A stretch of DNA of 64,000 nt. Source: Camelus ferus (taxonomy: Eukaryota). The DNA lies in the NCBI RefSeq assembly GCF_009834535.1, contig NC_045696.1, positions 1,302,001 through 1,366,000 on the forward strand. Direction: 5' to 3'. The notes beneath the pieces were generated by a model. That model was not told the origin of the DNA. It did no database searches and saw only the letters and a program-made list of their open reading frames with translations. Below are positions 39,991-52,680 of the stretch, piece by piece (the first letter of the stretch is position 1; each line of letters begins with the position of its first letter). Position numbers and translations under genes: made by a program.

Positions 39991-41489
39991 ACAGACTGAA
40001 AGGAGACGCCACACCCCAGCACGTTGAAGACGGGGTTTAGGAACTTTCGGTACCTGCACCCCTACCTTGGGAATCAAAAGATACCTTACCTTTACTTTGA
40101 TTCATTAAATTTATAAAGTCAAAAAATGACGGGAGTGCAAAGCTGTCCTCTGTGCTGTAGGTGACGGGCAGTGGCCGCGCCCCGCCAGAGCCGTCCTTGC
40201 GAGCTGGAAGTTCTCCTAGGGGCTGGCGGCTGCATTTGACTCGGGGACAGTAAGTGACAGGGGCCAGCGCGGTGACGGCAGATCACCTCCAAGCCCAGGC
40301 CTCACCAGTAAGTCCACCTGTGCCCTCTGCTTTCCCGCACGCCCCCCTCAGCTGATCCCAGGGGACCTCAAATGCTGCGACTTTGTTTCTGCATGTGTTG
40401 AATAATTTTTACAATTTAAAGGTGAGTTTTTTTAACATATATTTTTAAATCGTGAACATAAGGTTTGGAGAAAAAAAGGTAAATGGACTGGAAAGGGGAG
40501 ATTAGAAGCTTGCCTGAGCTAAGTTCACACAACCTTTATGCTATTTTACACGTGTTTCTGTAAACCCACATTGGGACTACGTCCCACCAGTGTTTTCAGG
40601 CACACTTGGGACGGAGCCTCAGGTTCTGGAAGGGAAACCTCACACAGCCAACAGTGCCCAGGCGCCTGCTCTGAAGTCGCTGGGCCGCGGTCACACAGGC
40701 ACAGTCCAGCACCCGGAGGCTACGGGGCCTTCAGCACCAAGCACGTGCCGGCCTCAGAGAGCACTCCAGAAACCCCGGGCTCGGCAATCCTGAGAACAAG
40801 GGCAGCGTAAGAACCAGCACCGTGTGTGTTGTGGATTGCACACTGCGCATCGTAATTATGCTTTGGGTTCCATAAAATGATACAGTATTGATCTGCACTG
40901 AACACAAATGGCAATTTTTAAAGCTCATAGAGCAATCTAGAGAAAAAGACCCTAATTTAGCAGCTGGGCTTTACTCTGCATTAAAGAATGACCAATTACG
41001 GCTTTATTTGGTATAAAATGACAATGAACACACAGCTCTCCCACAGGAAATCACATTTTCTTGGTCACCAGTCCTACCACCCATTTCTCAAGGAGTTAAT
41101 TCTGAGTTAACAATCCTTAAGAGAAGACATGGAAGTTCCTTTCAGATGATCCAAGGCTTAATTTCAGTCCCAAGCACCTACTAGATTTCCCCTCCAAAGC
41201 TTGGAGAAGCCGTTTCCAGCCCCACCTGCCTGCCAGTACACAACTCGGGGATTTATTTTGTTGGGGGACTGGGTTCCTTTACCAAGGCTCTGCATTTCTG
41301 CTCCACAGGGAAGGCGCTCGGTCTGGCCCATCAGACTGAAATACTAAGAATAACTTGGCCGCACCTCCGTTTCTCAGGCAGAGGCAGGGCGGCCCAAGCA
41401 CAAGGTGAACACCTCCTTCCTGACTCCCTGAGCCAGCACCCTCGACGGGGCACTCTGCCCGGTGCCCAGTCCAGTTCTCACCCAGCACC

Positions 41490-41700
41490 TGCTACCCACA
41501 CACACTGACAGAAGCTTCACGCAATCATTCAGTCCTCGTGGTAAAGAGGCAGGTATCAGTCTCCCCAGTTTGCAGACGGGGAAGCTAAGGCCCAGAGGGT
41601 TAAATAACATGTCAAGGTCACACAGCGAGTGACAGGCAGGGTCAGCGTGACTCCAACCCAACAGTCTGGTTCCAGAGACCAGGCAGGTAACCACTTCCCT
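41490..41700 (-). mobile_element. MIR
   Basis: CCCCAGTTTGCAGACGGGGAAGCTAAGGCCCAGAGGGTTAAATAACATGTCAAGGTCACACAGC is a reverse MIR core. Confidence 0.85.
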
Positions 41701-41759
41701 AACCTGCCCCTCAATAAAAACTAGAAAATGCCTCCATAAACCAGGAGATAGTCAGGACC

Positions 41760-42460
41760 ACCTCAGAGACGGCAGCAGTGACGTAGGGAGAACACGGGGA
41801 AGGCCACCATGTGGGAACAAGTGAAGCACGTGTGGGAAGCTGAGGAGTCTGGGAGCTGGAGCCACGCAGGTCAGAGACAGGAGGCCGTGGGCCCGGCGCG
41901 ACGAGGGGAAAGGGGGCAGACGGAGGGGGGCAGAAGACAGGTGGGAGCCGGGTCAAGCCGGGCGTTTGTAACTAAGTAAGTTACAGTTTTATTGCAGATA
42001 CAAAGGCAGGTCACAAGGGCCTGTAAGCGCAGGGCTAAGATGACGCCCTCGGGCTGCCGGTGGAGGGCCCTGAGCACAGGGAAGACTCAGGCCCCGGCAG
42101 GAGGCTTCTGTCAAGGCCAAACAAGAGATGGCGGTGGCCTGTAGGCCACTGGGCAGCGGGGGAGATGTGGAGAACAGGCACCTCGGGAGAAGGGTTAGTG
42201 CAGGGACAGTGGGAACACAGTGTGCTGGGGACTGGAGGTGACAGCAGGGAAAAGCGAGGAGTCGAGGATGGCTGCCAGGCTTCTAGCGACTGTGGGGTGT
42301 TATGGCATTCACCGCGAGGAAAAAGGGGAGAAAACTTAGGAAAATGAAGTGATTGGTTCCAAATGTTCAGCTGGGAGCCTGTGAGATGTCAGCCTAGAGG
42401 GCGGCGCTGCCTGCGGGCCCGGGGGCCAGGCACCCGCGGGAGCTGGAGATGGGAAAGCAA
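41760..42460 (-). mobile_element. L2 fragment
   Basis: GAGGAGTCGAGGATGGCTGCCAGGCTTCTAGC and neighbouring motifs resemble antisense L2. Confidence 0.55.
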
Positions 42461-45400
42461 GAGCCGAGCCGCCGCGTGTCCACAGCAGACCAAAGGCCGG
42501 CCCCCCGCGGGCTCTGTCCGGGCAAAGGCACCGCCTCTCATCCCAGACATTCGCACAACCTGAGTGTCTCCACTCCCCGCCTCCCGCCTGCACCGCAGAG
42601 CCCCCCACACCACAGCTCTGAGTTCAGAAACCCCCACAGTGCCTCGGCCAGGGCTCAGAATACAGACACAAGTGCTTGCGGCGGTCCCCAGACCCTGCTC
42701 TGGTCTCCTCTTCCGCACAGCGGACCTCGAACAAAACTCCAAGGCTCGCCTCAGCTTTCCCAGCAACACTCTGCTCCTCTTTATCAGTCAACAAAGAGAA
42801 GGCACTGTGACCACCTCCCTCTCACTTGTGGTGAGAAAGGCTCTCTTGGGCCTGTGCTAGCCGGGCCCTGGGCGCTGTGCAGACAGGTCCACTGGCCTGC
42901 ATCCAGATTTCCCAACCTGGGGCGAGAAACCGAGCTCGAAGAGGAGGGAAGATCCACTCCAGTCCCGGACGGCTTCCCAGAGGCCCCCTCCGCTCTCATA
43001 AGCTGTTCTGGATGCCACCCTGGGTGGGGTTTCTCTGCAGAGTACAAACAGCCTCAGAAGCTGGGGAGGGGGGGAGTGGCCAGCAGTTACTTCGGGGACG
43101 GCCCACAAGGACCCCAGACCCGGGGCCTGGGGAGGAGCGGCTCTGGGGGCTGGGGTCAGCGCCAGGTCAGGGTTAATACCAGCCGGGCCGCCGTCCCTCA
43201 GGCAGACAGCGGGGGCAGACTTCTCCCATAAGAGGAGCAAAGCCCTCTGGGGGATGAGGGAGCCGTATTCCTCACTCCTCTCGTGCCCCCGTGGGTCCCC
43301 TGCCCGCTCACACTCACTCTCCCCAGGAGGGAAGGCAGTGTGGGCTAACTGATGCGCCTAGAGGGAGGCCCGGGCCCGCCTGGCCGGTCGTGTCCTCACA
43401 GGGCCACCCACAGTGGCCGTGCACTCAGGTCGCCTTACAGGTGAGGCTGGTCCCTCCGAGGGCGGCTGCGCTTGTCCCCAGACATGCTTGGCACCAGGTG
43501 GATAAGTCTGTCTAGTTTGAGATACGAGACTGGCCAGCCCACTGGGCCACAGAGAGCTGCTCTCGAGTTATTTCTGTGTGAACAGGGCCACTCTGACCTC
43601 CGCTGGCCTTTGGGGTGTGGGGTTCTCTCCACTGGTCTGGAACTCAAGAAGGTCAGAAGTAGGTGCTGAGCACAGAGGCCCACACGAAGCCTGTGCTGGG
43701 CAGGTACTGGGCCCCCCTTCCTCAGGAGCCTGACTTCCTGCAGCACAGACTCTGCCCCGTTAACACGCTACCCGCCAACCAGATGGAAGCCGGGGGCTCC
43801 CGAAATGCTTTCCAGAAAGAGACCTCGCCCACCTGCTCCCCTCAGAACAGCCACCAAGAGACCAAGGAGCCCATCACAAGGACAAACAGCAGAGAGGAGA
43901 GACGGCAGGTCCAGAAGCCACGTCCCAGGCTCAGATGAGAGGCCCAGGAGTTGAAAGCCACAGCCACCAGGCTGTCTGCCACATGCTGCCAACGCCTCCC
44001 CGACCCAAACCCAGGCCAAAGAGAGTGCCTGGTGCAGGCCTGTGGACACGCCTGCTGCAGACCTGAAGCCACCAGTGGCCAGGGCTGCCTCCGGCTTCCA
44101 AAAGCTACCGGACCAGGGCAAGGGGACAGACAGCACACGTGCCAGCAAACAAACAGGGCATCTCCGGGGCCCTCACAACAGGGGCACAGACAAGAGCGGC
44201 ATGGAGGGGGCCAGTGGGACAACAGCCGAGCTGGTGGCTGATCAGTGAGCAGCGGCAGCCTCGCGAACACGTGGGGGACGACTGTCGCCCACAAGAGGAA
44301 GAGCAGACACTCGGGCCCTGCGGTGGGGCGGGGTCTGCACAGAGCAGCAAATGGGGAAAACAGAGGGGAACTGGGAGCTTCTTCTTAAGGGGCCATACTT
44401 CACCCACCGTGATGGGAAGTCACCAAAGGGGTCGCACAGGGGCTCCCTGCCTCAGTGACCACACGAAGGTGCATGCACCAGAGCAAGTACAGGCCGGGAA
44501 AGCCAATGAGGTGCTCCCGCGGCTCAGAGCGGGTTCGAGTGGGGAGGACGCCAGCAAGCCTGGCCAAGACCCGGAGTGAGGGTGAGAGAAAGGGGGCTGA
44601 GGGTGGCTGCATGCCCCTGGGGACCAGGGACAGGGCGGGAGTGACAGGCGGAGGGAGAGGCACCGGCCCCCAGAGCAGGAGGGAGCGGGGCCCTGGGGCT
44701 GAGGGCGGGCGGCGGGGACCAGGCCGGCGCAGTTAGTTCGGTCAGACCCTGCTGAGGGCCTGAGTGAGACAGGGACAGGACACTGGCCACTGCCCTTGAC
44801 AAAGACAGGTCACTGGGGACTGGAAGAGACATTTCCGAAGGATGTGAGGCCACCTGACAAGAACAGACGAGATCGTGACAGTGGGGACAGGCGGTGGAGG
44901 TGCTGGGTGAACAGAGGGCCCACGAGGACGGTGCCCAGGGACCTGTGAGCTGACACGTGCTCGGGGTGGACGGCCCTGGACACGGCGCAGGGGCCATTTC
45001 TCCAACAGGAGGCCGCACCAGCACCAGACCGCAGCCAGTGGCCTCGGGGTGGTGCCCAAATGTCCAAAACACATACTCCACCAAATCCGTCATTCAAAAG
45101 CACCCCAGGGAATTAATCAAAAACTTCCCAAATTTTACTTAAAGATTTCCCGATGTAAAGGTAATTTTAGACAACAAACTAGCATTGGGTTCAGAGGGTG
45201 CCTGGGGCCCAGGGGAAGCCCAGCCCTTAACACAAGGACAGGGAGCGGCCTGGCACCAGCTGGCGTCCGGAGCTGCGACGAGGCTCCAAGTGCACATGAA
45301 ACGCTGTGCTGCGGGCCCAGCTGCTCACAGGGCTACGAAGACTACTTCTGCTGTTTCTCAACAGATAACTTGATTTATTCTTTCTGAAAAGAGCCTCACT

Positions 45401-46138
45401 TTTATACACAAAATCACCAGAAACTCACAATAGAGGACATTAAAAGCAAGAAGCCACCTCTTAAAACCCTGTGAATAAAAGGATTACAATCACCTAGAGC
45501 CACGCAAATCCCCAGACGAGTCACAGGCTGAGAAGACAACTAAGAAAATCACCACAAAAACTAAACTCCATAAAGGCAAGTTATTTAACTTGATTTCGCC
45601 GAGCCTTTGAGCACTTGCTGTGCGGTGGCCTAGCCCTAGGGTTCTTAACGGGGCAGCAAAGAGCCAGCGCCCAAAGGGAGAGCCAGGAGGGCACCGAGAA
45701 GTTCGGGTCTGGACCGTGACTGCAAAATCCAGGAGGCCCTGCTGGCAGCCCCGCCGCCGGCCGTCACCCAGCCTGGGGTCCCCCGGCGTGGACCAGTCCC
45801 AGCCCCCACCCCCCAGCCCCCGGCCGCCACCCGTGCTCCTCCAGGCCCCGTGTCCAAGGCCCCTTCCCGGGAGAAGAGCACAGAGCTCTTCTCTTCAGGA
45901 CGGGGAGGCCAGGAGCCAGGGGCAGACGGCAGTCCTCCTAGAGACACCAGGGACAGACTCCTGCCTGGGTCCCGGGTCGCGCACCCCCAGCCTTACCACC
46001 CAGGATGAGACCTCCTTCCAGAAGCACAGACGAAGGGTGAGGGCGGCGGAGGAAGAGGGTGGCGCTCGGAGGGCTCGGCCCCGCAGGATGCCACCGCCCT
46101 CTTCCGCTGCTGGGGGTGCCAGTGGGCGCTTCGGGAAA

Positions 46139-46210
46139 CCAGGCCGATGGGAGCGACAGCCAGGCCGATGGGAGCGACAGCCAGGCCGATGGGAGCGGAC
46201 AGCCAGGCCG
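46139..46210 (+). repeat. 21-bp minisatellite, about 3.4 copies
   Basis: CCAGGCCGATGGGAGCGACAG twice perfectly, a third copy with one extra G, then partial CCAGGCCG. Confidence 0.95.
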
Positions 46211-48829
46211 GCGTGGCGTGGCGAGCTGCAGGGACCCCCGCGGCCCTGGGAAGCGCGCAGAGCCCGCATCCACCCCGCTGGGTGCACACGCAGTCTGTCC
46301 CTCGTGCGGGGGGAGGGGTCCCCCATGGCCGGGATCACGGAGGGCGGGTGCGGCCCCCGCACTCTGTCAGGAGCCGCGCTGCTTCCTTCCTCCCGAGACC
46401 AGCTTATCTCAGAGCCTCGGTTTCCTGGTTTTCACTGCGCTATTGTGTAAAGGGGGGGGGGGGCTGAGACTCACCAAAGGGGTTTCAGTGGCCTCCTAAC
46501 AGACTGCCCTGTTGGCGCTGGGAAGCAGGGTACAGAGTTCCCTGTTCTTAGAAAACTAGACATGATGCTAGTTTTGACATCGTTAGGACCTAGAACCAAC
46601 CCTGAAGAAAAAGCTAAAAAGTACAAAACTGTGTGATGATGAATTACTCCTATTCTATAGGATGGAGAGGCTTAATCTACTAAAACGTCTTTTAAATAAT
46701 TACTCAAGCAAAGAGTCAGGTTTGAGCGATCAAGATCACCACGACTTCCTCTGCCTCGTCTGCTGTGTTGCGGCGCGAGCCCTAATCTGCTCATCACGGT
46801 AACGTTTACAGAAGGATGTTTGTCTTTCCTATTCTGGGACACTGTTAGTGTCAGGCTGACTTATAAATTTAAGTACAGATACAACTAAGATGTAATCCAC
46901 TTTTTGAAACCCAGTAGGAGCGCCACACTGTTGTCAGAAGTGATTTTGACACTTTGTAAGATGTGAAGGTGATCTAAGAGGGCTCGCCCTTCAGATTAAT
47001 GCTCCATCCGCATTTGCTACCTTCAAAGACTAAATTCCAAAGCTTAACTATACAAAAAAAAAGACATTTTTACCATGAAAAATTGTTTCTTCGATACCCG
47101 TTTTTAAACCGCCTCATCAGGCAGTTGCAATATGGCCAAAAGAGTAAGGAGGCCAGCTCAGTCAGCACGCGTGGGAGGTCACAGCCACCGGACAGACGGG
47201 AGCCCGGCGCTTTCTCTCCATCCTCAGCAGGGGGCCACGCAGGGCGGGTGCGGGAAGAAAATGTGTGTTGGCTTTGGATCTCGGCTGAGGCCGGGCCACA
47301 CCTTCTGGACCGACGGCCCCAGCAGCAGAGTGACCAGTCCTTCCTCCAAAGGTTCTTGTCCGCAGACACACGCTCACAGGCTGGGAGCCAAGACCCACAC
47401 ACACCGCGCTCTCACACACAGCCGTTCCTCAGCGCCCTCCTGGGGGAGTGAGGGAAGTTCATCTCTAAGGCCTTGTAAGTTGTCTGAATAAATGAATTAG
47501 AACCATTTCCTCCTGTTAAAATAAAATACTTTCAAATTAAAGACAAATTAACTTTGCAAAGGATTAAAGAGGCAGAAATTCAAACCAGCTTAACAGGATG
47601 AGCAGGTGAGTTTCTGAGGTCCACTGGCCTGCATCCGGATTTCCCGGCCCACCCACCATGCTGGCTACCCTGGATGGAGGTCCTCCAGCTCCTCCTCCCC
47701 CAGGGAGACCCCCCACTGCTCTCCCTGGATTGCAGCCCTCAGGGGGATGGGGACCTGAGTCCCAGCCGCCCCACTCTGCCGATGCCAAAGAGTGCAGCAA
47801 ACGCGCAGACACCGGTGACCAGACGCCCAGCCTTCGGAGCCACCCGGCCGCCAGAAGGCGCAGCCCGACACACCCCAGCGCCCTCAGGAGCTAGACAGAG
47901 GCCACACTGGTGGGGAGCGAGTCTGCCAGCCCCAGAGCCGCAGGGGAAGGCCACACGCTTGTCCCCACACTGTAAACGGTGTCACTGCACTAAACTTGCC
48001 CTGTTAAGTCTACTGTCACGACACTTTTAAAACATTGGCCTTTCCTAATAAAAAAAACCACCAGATGCAATTCCTTTGCCTTTTCATTGTGAGGATGTGG
48101 GAAAAGCAGAAATAACTATATAGTAGTTAAGCTAAACGCCAACTGGCATCAAAGCAGGGAATTTCAAAGCTAAAGCAGCAGAAGAAATCGAATTAATTCA
48201 GGGTTGACTTAAGTTAGTACCAGGGGCAAAGACAAGGAGATGTCTGAGTAAGGAGAAAAGTGGGGAGGACAGACAGATGAGAAAAACTCACAACTTGAAG
48301 ATATATCAGAGCCTACGTGCCACAAGGAAAGAGGCTGAGTTATTTTTTCACTGCTACACCTTTGCCATCTAAAATGACACAGAGTAGGTACTCAAAAAAC
48401 ACCTGTCAAATGATTGCAAAAACAGATGAATAAAAAACGTTAAATTTATACTAATGAAGATGAAAAGCTACACAAATATAAGATGCTAGCAACCCTTTAG
48501 ATTTAAGGAAAGTGACTATCACAGAAGCTACAGTTTTCTAAATAAAGTTCAGTGCCACAGTAGTAACCATGAGTCACAGGCTCAACCTTTCAATAAACTC
48601 ACTGTGAGCCCAGCACTTGACTGTCTGTAAGTTAGGTGGCCGAGGCAGTCCTCGGGGGAAAATAAGGAGCTGTGAATGCACCGAACAGAACGCTAGGTCT
48701 CCCAGACGGAGGCGAGAACACGAGGCGACCGAGGTCAGACCGGTGGCTACCCCGGGAGGTGGGTGCTGATGCAGACAGGCAGAGGAGGGATGGGAGGATG
48801 GTGGAGACGGTCATGTGGTCGCACACAGC

Positions 48830-49056
48830 CCGAAGTCACCAGGCTCACAGCTGCCCTGCCGGCTCCTACCAGCTCAAGAGAGGGTGCTGGGTTTCAGGAA
48901 TGCTGTGGGCCAGCCTGCCACAGCTCACTGGGAGCCTGAAATAGGTAACGGCAAGAATATTTATGCCACAGAAGTTGGAAAATGCTACAAATCAGGGCTT
49001 TTTACAACCCCCTCTCAAGAAAGCCATTCGTTAAACATTTATCAGCACACCACTGC
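48830..49056. mobile_element. MER63-like hAT-Blackjack element
   Basis: Ends in GTTAAACATTTATCAGCACACCACTG (MER63-type TIR); internal GAAGTTGGAAAATGCTACAAATCAGGGCTTTT. Confidence 0.65.
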
Positions 49057-49149
49057 AGGTACCTTAAGATATGTAAACTCTATCTCAGAAAAAGAAAAAA
49101 AGAAGAAAAATTCTGGAAAAAAAAAAAGAAAATATTTAAATAAATAGCA

Positions 49150-50050
49150 AATTTAATTCTCAGTGTGTTAAAAGTAAAGTAAGTTTTACCCTGAGAATGA
49201 AAAGTTTATCATCAGGAAATCTATGAATGAAATTTACTATATTAACAGATTGGAGGGAAACCACACGATCATTTCAACAGATGCAGAAAAACCAAACAAA
49301 ATTCTACTGCTGTACATGATAAAGTTTATTTTTTAAAAACTCTCAGCAAAGCAGGGCATTTACTTGCTTAATTAGATGAAGGGCATGAACAAGACGACTG
49401 CAGTGAGCATCACTCCTGCAGAGGGAGCATCAGAGGCGTCCCCGCGAACGCCAGAGCCGGAGCAGTGCCTGCCTGCCGGCCGCCCCCACTGCTCCAGCCC
49501 GCTCGGCCTGGTGCCTCATGTCCTGGCCAGGGAGCCGGGGGCAGCGCAAAAATCAGAGAGGAAGAGGCACCGCCTGCACAACCTGATCCTCCCTAGAAAA
49601 CATGGGACACAAATGATGGGTGGGGACAAAGTCCACATTCAAAACTCAACAGCCTCCTATACAGCAGTGACAGGCAACTGGGAACGCACCCTTCCGAAGA
49701 AGGAACGCAATATAGGATGCGAGTGGCACTTCTCATCGCTGGGCAAAGGGCAGACCACGCAATGACTGAGGCCACTGGCTAGCCAACAGGAAAAAAATAT
49801 CAGGTGCTGACCTCAAATCGTGTAAAAACAGATTTCACATAAATCAATAGGCTAAATGTGGAAAACAGAACACAGACCTGCTGGAAGAGATTAAAGAAGA
49901 ATGCCTCCTGATGTAGGAAAACGTTCTCAGATGGGCCTCAGTCCAAAAGTCATAAAGGGAAAGCCTGATACCTCTGAATATATAAAAACTGAACGTTTCT
50001 CTTTGGACAAAAATAATACAACGTGAAGGCCAAGGGCAGCCTAGCAGAGC
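49150..50050 (+). mobile_element. Old L1M ORF2 remnant
   Basis: ATCATTTCAACAGATGCAGAAAAA (IISxDAEK), AAAACTCTCAGCAAA and ATATAAAAACTGAACGTTTCT. Confidence 0.75.
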
Positions 50051-50369
50051 ATCCACAGCCACGTGAGAGGCGCCTCCGGCAGTCACTGCCCGGGGCACAG
50101 CGCCTCTTCCCACTGGCACCAGGCAGCGCTGACGGCCCCCTTTCACAGAACTGTGCCCGTCCCCCCCCCCCCGGCGTGGGAACCACACCTCAGACCGCCG
50201 CACACCGGGGCTCGAGGCGCCCAGACCGCTCAGCGCGAGGACTCCGCCTCCTCCCGAGCGGCAGGTCGCAGGAGCGTCAGCGGGGCGCGGGGCAGCCGGA
50301 AGGCGGACACAGCCCGCCCGAGCCCTCCGCCCGGCTTCCCCCGACGGCCACATCTGACAGAATCGCTGG

Positions 50370-51060
50370 ACAGCCACCAAAATTAGGAACTCAACACAGA
50401 ACACCGGCATCAGCTCCACCACCGAGCGGACTCAGGTTCTGCCGGTTTTCCCCTGTGTCCTCTCTACTCGGCCCTCTCCAGACCCAGGCAGCCTCTCCCC
50501 GCCGTGTCCCCTGAGGCCCCTCACTCCCTCTTGCGTCTCGGGACATCCTCTGCTGGAGTCCTCCTGCTGTCTCCTGGCGGTCACACCGTGACTGCACACC
50601 TGTGGCAAGGACCCCGGCGAGAGGCGGTGCCCGCGTGGTGTCAGGGAGGACGCGACGGCCCCCTGTCTTACCACAGGCGATGTGGCCTTGATCGCTCGGC
50701 TGAGGTGGTATCTGCTGGCCTTCTCCGCTCTAAAGTTACTACTTTTCCCTTTTCAATAAGTAAATAACTTGAGGAAGAGCTACTTTGACACCAGGCACAT
50801 ATCCTGTTTCTCCTCAGACTTTCGCTCGCTAATTTCTGCCTCAGTCCTGGGTCTTGCCTGAAGCACTCGCTACCACGGTGTCTTGCTCCTTGCTCCTTGT
50901 CTGTTGACGAACTGGAATGCTCCAGTGCCCCCCCCCCACTTACTTACTCAGTTGCTTATTTACGTCAGCGTGGACTGACGGGTACTTACTGTTTTCTGCA
51001 GATTACAAACCAATACCGTTTATCCAGGTCTTTGCTCAGGGTGGCCAGCCTGGGCGCCTC
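50370..51060 (-). mobile_element. Old L1MC/MD 3'UTR fragment, nested in the + strand L1
   Basis: TAAAGTTACTACTTTTCCCTTTTCAATAAGTAAATAACTTG...TACTTTGACAC...ATATCCTGTTTCTCCTCA. Confidence 0.6.
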
Positions 51061-52249
51061 TCCCACTCCGGCAGTCCCCACGCCCCCCCCCCACACGCCC
51101 GATGCTCTCTGAGCACGTCTTTCTGCACCACGAGGCGTTCCGAGCCCTGCTTGTCGGCTCGGAGAGGGTATTTGGGTGTCCTCGGGACAGAGTGAGCTGT
51201 GCACGCACGCTGACACCCTCCGCAGCCCTGGACCCATCTGTCCACGCGGGTCTACGGTCCCCTCCCCTGGTCTGCAGCTCCCTCCGGGCTCTCCTCCCCA
51301 CCACACGTTTGCTGTTCAGTCCTCGTGTAACATGCTCACACGGCCAACCAACCTTGCCCGAGAGAAACAGCCAGACAGGACTGTGTACAGCCCTTTTCAT
51401 CTGCAGCCTCACAGAATCTAGTCAAAATATGGTATCCCCAAACCGGGCTACTCCTTCCTCCTGCGCCCCCACCCCCGCTGCGGCTCTGCTGCTGCTCTGT
51501 CCTACACTGAGCTTCGGTCAGTCTGCATTCCACCCCGGCTCCCCCACATCCTGGCTAATGTTCATTTATTTTGTCTTGGGGTCTGTGGTTCCAAGAGCCG
51601 GGCTGTACTGAGCGGTCCACCCAGAGAAGCCCGGCGCGCCCGGCCCCCCAGCCGCCCCTGACCTGCGGGGCCCGGCCCTCTGGTTCTGTGCACCCTGCCC
51701 GCATCCATTTCGGCCGGAGGCGCAGGTACGCAGGTTTTCTCGCGTGGAGGGAGGCACACCAGGCGCCGTCGGGCTCTCTGCCCTGCTCACTTCCTGCAGG
51801 TTCTCAGAATCACCACAGGTCAGTTCACAGAGCGCGCCCCGCCCGCCCCCCATGGCTCTTCGTGGTGTGGCCAGCCAGAGCTGCCTCGCCCGTGCCGGAA
51901 TGGACGGCTAGGGTATTTCCACGTGTGTTTTCATCTTGTTGGAGGCGTGTCCTGGGGCTCAATTCCTAGAAGTGCGACTGCTGCATCTAGGCATGGAGAG
52001 GACGAGGTTCTGCAGGCTGGCTGTGGCGTTTAACATGCCTGCCAGTCCTTTGCGGACCTCCTCTGCGGAGGGAGACTGCAGGTGGAACACGGGGAAGAGC
52101 GCACCCGCTGGGGGCTCAGTGTCCAGCGCACGCAGGGCGGTGAGGTAAGACACCCGAGCAGCCTGTGCTGGACGCTCCGCCCACGGTACTTCGTCCCGGA
52201 AGTAACAGGGCCGGGTGATCCCAGAAGCCCCATGCACACGTGGAGACAG

Positions 52250-52680
52250 GCCCGAGGAGGAGCCCGGGGTCTCACGGCGGCTGTCCGGCGCCACCACCCA
52301 GACATGCTGCCACCCTGGCGCCAGGCCAAGCCTGGGCCACAAGGACGTGTGTGTTCATGTTCAGAGCTGCATTATTCACAGTCAAAAAGGGGACACAGTC
52401 CAGACGCCCACCCCACTGGAGGGACAAAAAGGATGCGCTACCCCGCGCAGCAGAGTGCTGTCAAAGGCACATCTATAGGACAGCAAGCAGCCGGCGGTCG
52501 CCAACGGCGGCAGGTGGGAATGAGGACTAACCACAAGCAAACACAAGGAGCGCTTTGGGGTAATGGAGACGTTTTACAACTGGACTGTGGTGATAGCTGC
52601 ACAGCTTAGAAATTCATGAAAATCGTTGACCTATCCACGTACTGAGGGTGACTCTCACGGCAGCTTTTAAAACAAGAGAA
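52250..52680 (+). mobile_element. Old L1ME/MC 3' end
   Basis: ATGTTCAGAGCTGCATTATTCACAGTC...TTTGGGGTAATGGAGACGTTTTACAACTGGACTGTGGTGATAGCTGCACA. Confidence 0.7.

Noticed and set aside
39270..40077. ORFs of 130-209 aa across the internal CpG island
   Set aside because: Low-complexity Arg/Pro/Ala/Gly products in several frames, typical of CpG islands.
46139..46210. Repeated units as a possible CRISPR-like array (also 62500-63205)
   Set aside because: Contiguous or degenerate tandem units without unique constant-length spacers, in a mammalian genome with no cas genes.
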